From assembly GCA_040755995.1 (NCBI GenBank), contig JBFMAF010000008.1, forward strand, positions 96,001 through 160,000: a stretch of 64,000 nt of DNA, in the 5' to 3' direction. This DNA is from Acidobacteriota bacterium (GTDB lineage: Bacteria > Acidobacteriota > CAIWXX01). Below, one piece after another: positions 48,717-57,340 of this stretch (position 1 is the stretch's first letter; every line of letters starts with the position of its first letter). A program made the position numbers and the translations under genes. The notes under the pieces are model-generated. The model saw only the letters and a program-made list of their open reading frames with translations. It was not told the DNA's origin and made no database searches.

Positions 48717-50536
48717 TGATCCACCTCCAACGACGACTCCGGGAAGTACAGGGCCAGCTCCGAGCCAGGCTCTCCTCTCCTCACGCGGATTTCGCCTCCA
48801 TGCGCCGACATGATCTGGGCGCAGATGGCCAGGCCTAGACCGCTGCCGCCGGGTTTCGATGAAACGAACGGTTCGAAGACACGGGGCAGAAGCTCCTCGG
48901 GGATTCCCGGCCCGCTGTCCGAGACGGTAACGCAGGGCGTCATCCCCGAGACCTCCGGCCCGCCTCCGGTGATGGTGCCGCTCGATACAACCACCTCCGC
49001 ATCAGGGCTCTTCGCGACGGCTTCGAGCGCATTGATCAACAGGTTGGTGAGCACCTGGTGGATCTGGTCGGGATCCAGGCGGATCTTGCGCGGCGGATCG
49101 CAGCGGCGGTGGACGAGCCTGACTGAGCTTCCCTCGAAGCGTTTCTCGAACATGCTGACGCTTTTGGCGACCACATCGCCGATCGCGCACGGGATCATGC
49201 GGGGAGCTGTGGGGCGAGCATAGCCGAGCACGCGGAGTAGTGTCGAGTTCATCCGCTCGACCTCATTCGAAATATTCGACGCCATTCGTCTGGCCTGCTC
49301 GTCCCTGGCCAGGTCGCGGAGCACTCCCGCCGAGACCTTGATCGAGCCGAGCGGGTTCTTGAGCTCGTGGGCGATGATCGAAGTGAACTTGCCGATCGAC
49401 GCGAGCCGTTCGGATTCGGCCCGCTCGCTGCAGCTCCTCGCGATCTCCTCGTTCTTCGCCTTGATCTGGCGGGCCATGGAATTGAAGGAATGCGCCAAGC
49501 GGTCCAGCTCGTCGCCGGTCCGCAAGTCGATTTCGGCGTCGAGGTTGCCCGAAGCGAACTCTTGCACACCCGTCTCGATCCGGTCGAGGGACGTGCCGAG
49601 CCGTCTGGCCATCCTCGCAGCGAGAAGCGCCCCCATGAGACCTACCGCGAGCGTCAGGGCGAACGCCGCCCAGAGATAGATGCGGTGGCTTTTCAGCACG
49701 ACCACACGCACAGTCACGATCACCGCCCTCCAACCGACCGACGGGATGGCCTGGGAGAACGCCCTTCGCGTCGCGCCGAGGTAGCTGCTGTAGACGGGCT
49801 CGGCCGAATTCTCATCGGGAAGCGCCCCGATTATCGCCGATGCCTTCTGCCCGACGTATGCGCTGTCGGGGTGGTAGAGGATGTCCTCGGCCGGGCCGAC
49901 GATGAAGTAGACGACGTCCTCGACGAAAGGAGCCCTGCTGCACAGATCGCCGAGCACGCGGCTGATCGGCATTTCGACAACGACCGACGTCTCGGGACAC
50001 TGCGGCAGCCGGACGCCCAGCGCCAGATGCCATCCGCCGGGGCGCAAGTACGGCGGCGTGCGAAGAACCTCGCCAGGCCTGGCTTCGCTCAGGCCGGCGA
50101 CGAACGCCATCTGCTCGACGTCCTCACGGGCCTCCGGCGGGTGCCCGGGCGACGGGCCGGGGACCGGCCGCAGCACCTGGACTGGCGCGCCGGAACGCAA
50201 GATGAACACTCTGTCGACAGAGTTCCCGTGCCAGACAAGAAACTCCTCGAGCCGCTTCGCCAACGCGCCGGGATCGCACGGAGTGGCCGCCCCGCCCTCC
50301 GATGGCCGCTCCACGCAGACCATCCTGACGCCCTGAAACGTCTCGGTCATGCGGCCGTCGATCTCCCTTACCAGCACGTTGAGCGCCTCGTGAGCGCGAC
50401 GCTTCACCGCGGCGTTGGTGGCCTCCGCCGCCAGGAACAGGTACAAGCCCGCATTCAGCAGGATCGGGCCGGCGGAAACCAGGATGAAGAGGACGATGAG
50501 CTTCGTGCGCAGCCGGTGGAATCGGTCCAGAAACAC
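48713..50536 (-). CDS. Sensor histidine kinase (periplasmic Cache-like, HAMP, HisKA, HATPase)
   Basis: Two TMs; DELDRLA.SFN.M; AHELKNPL; NLLINA; DSGPGI; FEPF; GSGLGL; ATGA overlap with the regulator. Confidence 0.93.
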
Positions 50537-50797
50537 CGCTCAGCCCTTCGCGCTGCGCGCATCCACGCGGCCTGACGTCTCTTCCATCGGCGCGGACATC
50601 GACTGCGAGATTACACGGCAGGCCCTTCCCGGTCAAGCCGGCAACAGCCTCCGTTAACCCCGCGGCATCGCCTTGGCACTCGTCCGAAGCGTCGTTCCGT
50701 CGGGCTGGCTGGCGGCTGAGCGCCACCCGCCGGAGGTCCGCCTGGGCTGGCCCGAGACTTGCGGCGTTTTTCGGCCGCTCCGTGGCCGTACCCGAGC

Positions 50798-50813
50798 TGG
50801 CATCCCGCGTGCA
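50798..50813 (+). promoter_or_regulatory. Sigma54 (-24/-12) promoter for the subtilase gene
   Basis: TGGCAT-CCCGC-GTGCA, GG at 50799-50800 and GC at 50811-50812 (canonical spacing). Confidence 0.65.
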
Positions 50814-50845
50814 TTGGAGTGCGGTGGAGGGAGGACGAAGGAGAA

Positions 50846-53212
50846 ATGAAGACTAGATTCGATCACCTGAGGAGGCACCTGATCACAACATGCACCGTGA
50901 TTGCATTCGCGGTGGCGGGTGCGGTTCGAACGCCCACATCCGCGGTGGAGGCACAAACGATGCCGGCCGGGGCGAAACTCGACCCGACGCTGGTCGAGGC
51001 GATGAAGTCGATCGAGCCTGGCTGCGGTCCGATCACAACCGAGAACGGTCTGATCTACCGAAAGGACGGCAGGCTCAGGGTTGTGGTCGTCATGAGCAAT
51101 CCGACCGACATTGTCGAGTTGCAGCGAGGAGCGGCCAACATTGATGCGCTTCGGAGCAGCGTGCGCCTCAGACAGGATCGCTTCATTGCGAGGCTCGGCG
51201 CAGGCGACGTACACAACGTCGTGCGGCTGGATCTGCAGTGCGCGTTCTCGGGATTCGCTGACTCGGCGGCCATGCGAAAGATCGCGTCGCTGCCGGAGGT
51301 CGAGATGATAGTGCCCGACTACCTGCGCGAGCAGTTCACGGTTGAGGGTCGAGCGCTCGCGACATCGGACGCGGCCGAGGCCACGTACGGTTTCACCGGG
51401 TCTGGCATGAGCGTCGCGATGATCGACGGATCCTTCGACTACACGCATGAATGGTTCGGGCACGGGACCGTGGGCAGCCCCGACCCCAGCGTGATCGTCG
51501 GGATGCGCGACCTCTCGGGCAACGCGAAGGTCGGCGATCCCGGGGCTGTCCAGGCGGATGACGAGGTGTACCCGGAAGGGAGCGATGACGACCCGTGGCA
51601 CGCCACCGGCACGTCGGGCATCGTGCGGAAGTACGCGCCCGGAGCAAAGCTGGCGCTGCTGAAGGTTTTTCCCAATGCGTACGACTCGGTGATCGGAAAT
51701 GCGATCAACTGGGCTGTCATCCATCAGTACGAGAATCCGGCATCACCAATCCGCCTGATCAACATGAGCCTTGGCGGCGGCAGGTATTCGGGCGACTGCC
51801 CCACGGGCGTGATTCAATCGGCGATCGACATCGCGAAAGCTGCTAACATCATCTGTGTGGTCGCGACCGGGAATCAGGGTTATGATCGCATGATCGCATC
51901 GCCAGGGTGCGACCCCGACGTGATAGCTGTGGGATCGGTGTTCGACGCGGACAACGCATACTACTCGCCTTTCCCGCCGCGATTCTGTGTCGAGCCGCGT
52001 CCGAAGAAGGACCACCGCATCTGCTACTCGAATGCGAGTCCGTCGCTCGACATGTACGCGCCTTCCGAAGAGGTGATGACTGCGCTCGCGGGCTCGGGCA
52101 ATCTCCTCACCCGGCTCGGCGGTACATCATCGGCTTCGCCGGCCCTCGCCGGGTGCGCCGCACAGATTCTGGAGGCCAAGCCGGGGCTCATCGGCGACAA
52201 GAGCGGCCTCCTCGACCTGCTCCAGCGCACAGGCGACCAGATAGAAGACAATCCCGACCCATCGTACGAGGACCGGCGTGTCAACGTGGTGGCGGCGATC
52301 ACGGACGGCGCCGCCGGAGCGCAGATCCAGAGCTTCGTGGCGAACCCGGGCGCGATTGTGCCGGGCGAGTCATCCACGTTGTCATGGAGCTGCACGAACA
52401 CGCTGGACGTGACGGTAAGCGGCACGCCGGGGAAGCTCCCGCCCTCGGGCACTCTGAAAATCTCGCCGGAGACGTCGACGGTCTACACGCTGACCGCGCG
52501 CGGTGTTGCCGGCAACGCGACGGCCACCGTGACGGTGCTCGTCAACAGCCCCACGGCTGCAATGGATGTAAACCCCCCGTCGGCCATCTTCGGCCCGGTC
52601 CCCGTAGGTGACTCGTCGGTGCCCGTCCTGTTCACGATCACAAACACGGGATCGGGCGACCTCTTGATCGGAACAATCACGGTCGATGGCCCCGACGCAT
52701 CTGACTTCTCGCTCGATCTCGGATCCGTCTCGGGTGATAGGATCGCACCGTCGCAAACCCAGTCGTTCCAGGTCGTGTTCCAGCCGGAATCTCAAGGGGT
52801 CAAGCAAGCCACAGTTACCGTGGCGTCCAATGCCGGCATCGTGCACGTACAGGTGTACGGCACGGGCACACTCGATGCGTCTGCCGCGGATCTCAAGGGC
52901 GCGTGGTCGTCGCTCAAGCGCAAGTCATCCACGCTGACGGGCCGCCTCACGTGCGCGAACGGCGGAAAGACGCCGGCAAGCGGCTTCACCGTGGCACTGT
53001 TCATGTCGAAAAACGCACGCCTCGATCCGAGCGATACGCCGGTCGGCTCCAAGGCAGTCAGCGGCCTGGCGGCTCAGGGCGCGATCACCGTCAAGATCGG
53101 CAGGGTGAAAGTCCCGGCCAAGTGCCACTACATCATCGCGGTCATCGATCCGACGAACGCCGTGCCGGAGACCGACGAGCTCAACAACAGAGTCATCAGC
53201 ACCAAGTTCTGA
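50846..53212 (+). CDS. Secreted S8 subtilase with Ig-like (ASH/choice-of-anchor D-like) and CARDB-like domains
   Basis: Signal and prodomain; triad MIDGS(D), HATGTSG(H), GGTSSASP(S); INMSLGG, ATGN; C-terminal DP.NAVPETDELNN. Confidence 0.9.
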   Translation: MKTRFDHLRRHLITTCTVIAFAVAGAVRTPTSAVEAQTMPAGAKLDPTLVEAMKSIEPGCGPITTENGLIYRKDGRLRVVVVMSNPTDIVELQRGAANIDALRSSVRLRQDRFIARLGAGDVHNVVRLDLQCAFSGFADSAAMRKIASLPEVEMIVPDYLREQFTVEGRALATSDAAEATYGFTGSGMSVAMIDGSFDYTHEWFGHGTVGSPDPSVIVGMRDLSGNAKVGDPGAVQADDEVYPEGSDDDPWHATGTSGIVRKYAPGAKLALLKVFPNAYDSVIGNAINWAVIHQYENPASPIRLINMSLGGGRYSGDCPTGVIQSAIDIAKAANIICVVATGNQGYDRMIASPGCDPDVIAVGSVFDADNAYYSPFPPRFCVEPRPKKDHRICYSNASPSLDMYAPSEEVMTALAGSGNLLTRLGGTSSASPALAGCAAQILEAKPGLIGDKSGLLDLLQRTGDQIEDNPDPSYEDRRVNVVAAITDGAAGAQIQSFVANPGAIVPGESSTLSWSCTNTLDVTVSGTPGKLPPSGTLKISPETSTVYTLTARGVAGNATATVTVLVNSPTAAMDVNPPSAIFGPVPVGDSSVPVLFTITNTGSGDLLIGTITVDGPDASDFSLDLGSVSGDRIAPSQTQSFQVVFQPESQGVKQATVTVASNAGIVHVQVYGTGTLDASAADLKGAWSSLKRKSSTLTGRLTCANGGKTPASGFTVALFMSKNARLDPSDTPVGSKAVSGLAAQGAITVKIGRVKVPAKCHYIIAVIDPTNAVPETDELNNRVISTKF

Positions 53213-53222
53213 TTCACCCCCC

Positions 53223-53268
53223 GGAAGCGCGCAGGAGCCCGCGGCCCGGCCGCGGGTTCCCCGCTTCC
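53223..53268 (+). terminator. Strong GC hairpin after the subtilase (no U-tract)
   Basis: GGAGCCCGCGGC-CCG-GCCGCGGGTTCC with outer GGAAGCG/CGCTTCC. Confidence 0.45.
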
Positions 53269-53407
53269 GCCTTCCCGGCCACTACTCTGAGGCTACCCAC
53301 AACACCATAGCACCTTCTCAACCACTCGATCTCCGCAGCGGGCCTCAGTCACACACGCCGTCTGCTCGCGGCTGGGGTATAATGGGGAGAGCCGCCAAAG
53401 AGGCCTT

Positions 53408-53692
53408 ATGAAGAGAACCAAGAAGACGCTGCACCGGAAGCGTGAGAAGCTGTACAAACTGCCGCTTGTGCTGGAGCCGCAAGAGGGAGGCGGATTCACG
53501 GTCACTTGCCCTCTGTTGCCGGAGCTCATAACCGAGGGTGACACGGTGCAGGAGGCCATAGGGAATGTCGCCGATGCGCTCACGGCGCTTCTGGAGGCTT
53601 GCGCTGCCCTGGGCAGGCAACCACCGGCGGTCCTGAAGGCCGGTTCACCTGATACGCCGCTTTGGCTCGAGGCCATCGTCAGCGTCGCATGA
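53408..53692 (+). CDS. hicB: HicB-family antitoxin
   Basis: LVLEPQEGGGFTVTCPLLPELITEGDTVQEAI.NV.DA; TATAAT at 53378-53383. Confidence 0.88.
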   Translation: MKRTKKTLHRKREKLYKLPLVLEPQEGGGFTVTCPLLPELITEGDTVQEAIGNVADALTALLEACAALGRQPPAVLKAGSPDTPLWLEAIVSVA

Positions 53693-53900
53693 AGTACCGC
53701 GATGTGGCGCGCAGACTCAGACGACTCGAGTGTGTAGAAATCCCCAGGGGGACTCGCGGTTCCCATCGGGTCTGGCACAACGCCAGCAACGGGCGCGTGG
53801 CGCCTGTGCCGATTGGGGTGGCAAGGATCTCAAACCCGGCACGATTCGCGCGATAGTCCGGCAGTTGGGGTTGCAGTGGGAGGAGTTCGAAGGCCCTTGA
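53689..53900 (+). pseudogene. hicA: HicA-family toxin, frameshifted
   Basis: ATGA overlap; MKYRDV.RRL..L.C.E.PR..RGSHRVW.N; adding one base near 53810 restores VPDWGGKDLKPGTIRAIVRQLGL...stop 53900. Confidence 0.82.
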
Positions 53901-53988
53901 TACTCGTGGCATGCAGCCCGCTTGTTGCGCAAGGCCAATCTGTGCCCGTGCAATCTGATCATTTGAGCTTCGGCTGGAAGGAGGTCTC

Positions 53989-56538
53989 ATGCAGTTCGCA
54001 GCAGCGCTGTTATTGCTGATATCTGCCACGTTCTCCCTTGCGCTGGCCGGCGAGATCCCGAGCCCGAGCCAGTTTCTCGGCATGACGATCGGCGCGGATC
54101 GGACCGTGGCCGACTACCGTCAGGTTTCGGCCTATTTCCGCGCGCTGGATGAGGCATCGGCGCGCGTGGAAGTGGTGAGCCTGGGGCAGACGACACTCGG
54201 GAACGAGATGATCATGGCGATCATCTCGACGCCGGAGAACCTCGCGCGCAAGGACCGCTACAAGGAGATCGCCCGCAAGCTGTCGGATCCGCGCGGGCTG
54301 GCTCCCGTCGAAATCGAGGCGCTGGTCAAAGAAGGCCGGGCGATCGTGCTGGTCACATGCAACATACACTCTACCGAAATCGGTTCCAATCAGATGTCGA
54401 TGGAGTGGGCTTACGACCTTGCTCGCACCGAAGACCCGGCGCTGGTCCGTCAGCTCGACGAAGCGATCCTGCTGCTCGTCCCGAGCCTCAACCCCGACGG
54501 GCAGATCATGGAGGTCGAGTGGTACCGCAAGAACCTCGGCACGAAGTACGAGGGGGGCCGGATGCCCTGGCTGTATCACCACTACGTTGGGCACGACAAC
54601 AACCGCGACTGGTTCATGCTCACGCAGAAGGAAACGATCGCCATGAATCGCGCGATCTTCCACGACTGGTTCCCGCAAGTCTGGATCGACGAGCACCAGA
54701 TGGGTCCCACCGGTCCGCGAATGTTCGTGCCGCCTTATTCGAATCCGGCAGCCCCCGCCGTCCATCCTCTGGTGTGGCGCACGATCGATCACCTCGGCAG
54801 CCTCATGAGCCTTCGCTTCGAGCAGCAGGGCAAACGCGGTGTCGCGTATGGCACGATATTCGACGCCTACTGGCCGGGCGGCAGTAAGAACACAGCCTGG
54901 TGGAAGAACACCGTGGGGCTGCTGACCGAGGCCGCGTCGTGCCGGTTTGCTACACCGCTGAAGATCGAGGAATCGGAGCTCTCAGCCGGCTACAAAGGCC
55001 TTGTCGACTACAAGCTGCAGCTGAATTTCCCAAACCCGTGGACGGGCGGGATCTGGCACCTTCGCGACATCATGGACTACCAGCGCACGGCCTCCGACGC
55101 GTTCCTCGAGGGGTGCATGCGACTGCGCGAGGATCTTCTGCGCGATCGCGCCAAGATGGCGCTCGAAGCCGTCGCGCAGGGCACTCCCGAGACCTTCTAC
55201 CGCATCCCCGGGGCACAGCGCGATCCGCTCGCCGCGGCGCGGCTTGCTCACCTGCTGCAGGAGAACGGTGCGGAGGTCATGGTGTCGCCGGACGGGGACC
55301 ATCTGGTTCCCACCGCTCAACCGATGGGACGTTTCGTGAAGGAGATGATGGAGCCCCAGCGGTATCCTGAGGTGCGGCCCGCGGCGGGCTCGCCGGTGCT
55401 GCAGCCTTACGACGTCACTGCCTGGACGCTGCCGATGATGATGGGGGTAGAGGCGGAGAAGACCCGGCTGACGCAGCCGGCGGGGCTGCGTGCGCTGACT
55501 GCCAGCGACTGGCCCGCAGGCGGCGTCACAGGGGGACAGGCAGAGGTGTACGCGCTTGAACGCACGAGCAACGCGGCGAGCCGCCTGCTGAACCGCGTGC
55601 TCCTCGATCGGGGCTCGGCGAAGATCGCGCTTGAATCGTTCGAGTGCGTCGGGCGGCGGTTCGAGGAAGGCACCATCATTCTCGATCGATCGGAACATGT
55701 CGAGAGGAGCGCGAGGGAGCTGCATCTGACACTCACGGCGCTCACCGAGCGGCCGAAGGTCAGGATGGCGACGCAGAAGCCGGTGAGGATCGGCCTCTAC
55801 AAGCCGTGGCTCGCTTCGATGGACGAAGGCTGGATCCGCTTCGTGCTCGACGAGCACGAATTCAAGCCTGTGGGTATCGACAACAAGAGAGTCATCGCCG
55901 GAAAGCTCCGTAAGGACTTCGACGCGATCATCCTGCCGAACATTCGGAAGTCGGTATTGATAGACGGCAAGCCGAAGCGCGAAGATGATCCGATGCGGTA
56001 CCTGTACTTCGAGGAATTCCCGCCGGAGTACGCCGGGGGAATCGGGAAGGACGGTCTCGCGGCCCTGAAGACCTTCGTGGACGAAGGTGGCACGTTGATT
56101 GTGGACGAAGCCGCATGCGAACCGATCGTAGAGGAGCTAGCGCTACCCGTCATCGACACGCTGGCCCAGGCGAAGGATGCCGAGTTCTCCTGCCCTGGCT
56201 CCATCCTCAACGTGACTGTACATCCGCATCCGGTGACCTGGGGCATGCCGAAGTCGGGCTATGCATTCCTCGACGACCGGATGGCATTCCGCTCGATACC
56301 GACCGGTCCGGCCTTCCAGCGCGCAGCGCTGGTAAGCTACCCCGAGGATCAGGAAGACATACTCGCTTCGGGGTGGATTCGCGGCGCCGAGCAGCTCGAG
56401 CGCCGGGCAGCGGCCGTGGCGCTACAAGCGGGCAAGGGCAAGATCGTGCTGTTCGGCTTCCCCGTCCACTACCGCGCACAGATGGAGAGCACGTTCAAGT
56501 TGCTGTTCAACGCAGTGTATTGGGCGGGACTCGAGTGA
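53989..56538 (+). CDS. Secreted M14 zinc carboxypeptidase with a C-terminal GATase-like domain
   Basis: IHSTE, PSLNPDG, DNNRD, DEHQMG; YDVTAWTLP; MDEGW.R.VL, F...GGTL, GKGKIVLFG; AAGGAGG RBS. Confidence 0.9.
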   Translation: MQFAAALLLLISATFSLALAGEIPSPSQFLGMTIGADRTVADYRQVSAYFRALDEASARVEVVSLGQTTLGNEMIMAIISTPENLARKDRYKEIARKLSDPRGLAPVEIEALVKEGRAIVLVTCNIHSTEIGSNQMSMEWAYDLARTEDPALVRQLDEAILLLVPSLNPDGQIMEVEWYRKNLGTKYEGGRMPWLYHHYVGHDNNRDWFMLTQKETIAMNRAIFHDWFPQVWIDEHQMGPTGPRMFVPPYSNPAAPAVHPLVWRTIDHLGSLMSLRFEQQGKRGVAYGTIFDAYWPGGSKNTAWWKNTVGLLTEAASCRFATPLKIEESELSAGYKGLVDYKLQLNFPNPWTGGIWHLRDIMDYQRTASDAFLEGCMRLREDLLRDRAKMALEAVAQGTPETFYRIPGAQRDPLAAARLAHLLQENGAEVMVSPDGDHLVPTAQPMGRFVKEMMEPQRYPEVRPAAGSPVLQPYDVTAWTLPMMMGVEAEKTRLTQPAGLRALTASDWPAGGVTGGQAEVYALERTSNAASRLLNRVLLDRGSAKIALESFECVGRRFEEGTIILDRSEHVERSARELHLTLTALTERPKVRMATQKPVRIGLYKPWLASMDEGWIRFVLDEHEFKPVGIDNKRVIAGKLRKDFDAIILPNIRKSVLIDGKPKREDDPMRYLYFEEFPPEYAGGIGKDGLAALKTFVDEGGTLIVDEAACEPIVEELALPVIDTLAQAKDAEFSCPGSILNVTVHPHPVTWGMPKSGYAFLDDRMAFRSIPTGPAFQRAALVSYPEDQEDILASGWIRGAEQLERRAAAVALQAGKGKIVLFGFPVHYRAQMESTFKLLFNAVYWAGLE

Positions 56539-56607
56539 CTTTCGGATCTCAGGTTGTCGAGCTGGCGCGGCCGCCGGATTGAGGTCGGGCCCGAGGTTGC
56601 CCTCTGC

Positions 56608-56901
56608 TCAGCGTCTCCGTTTCCATGAAGCGGGCCGGCGATGCAGGTGGAAACAAGCGGCAAACACAACGGTCTCATCGACCAGGCGGAAATAGAGGCC
56701 GTACGGAAAGCGCCGGACAAGCGCCCGGCGAGTGTCTCGGTGCAGGACCGGATATGCGAGCGGAGTGGCCAAGACCTTCTCGGATGCAACGTGCACCTCT
56801 GTCAGGAATTCTCTGCCCAATCCTGCACGCGTCTGCTCGTACCACGCATATGCCCGGCTGATGTCCGCCGCTGCAGCCGATCGGAAGACGTAGGATCTCA
56901 C
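56608..56901 (-). CDS. RelE/ParE-family toxin
   Basis: AA.DI..A..WYE....GLG.EF, RRALVRRFPY.LY, ACFH..R.P..W. Confidence 0.9.
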   Translation of the reverse strand: MRSYVFRSAAAADISRAYAWYEQTRAGLGREFLTEVHVASEKVLATPLAYPVLHRDTRRALVRRFPYGLYFRLVDETVVFAACFHLHRRPASWKRRR

Positions 56902-57119
56902 TACGGACGGCCGCGCGCCTGCGCGACAACCTGATCCCAGGTGAGCCCTGTCGGCCCCTCGGTCTCGAGCTCGTCCAGCCGTCGATCGAGATCGGCTTTC
57001 TGCGCGTCAGTGAGAGGCAGGGCCTCAGGGTCGCGGCCGAGGCTATCCCAGAGTTGGTCGAGAAGATCTAGCTGCTCCTCGCGGCTCAGTTGGATGACGT
57101 CGATCGCTGGGTTGCTCAT
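56901..57119 (-). CDS. Addiction-module antitoxin (TIGR02574-type)
   Basis: LS.EEQL.L...LWDSL......LT..QKA.LDRRL......TW..V; TAG/GTG overlap with the toxin. Confidence 0.88.
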   Translation of the reverse strand: MSNPAIDVIQLSREEQLDLLDQLWDSLGRDPEALPLTDAQKADLDRRLDELETEGPTGLTWDQVVAQARGRP

Positions 57120-57340
57120 GTTTCTACACCAGTATGTTGGTTCGCACGAGGATGCTATCCCTCATGCGGCTGGTCGCGTTTCCACGTTCGCTGCGAGAGC
57201 CTCACCCACCTCTGGCTCATGATCTGGTAGTTGGTCTTGTCTCCCATGGCCCTCTCCATCGTCCTGGATATATTATACATCACATCCTTCGGGGCGATCC
57301 ATTTCACGAATGCCGGAGTGCTGGACAGGCAACCTCATGC

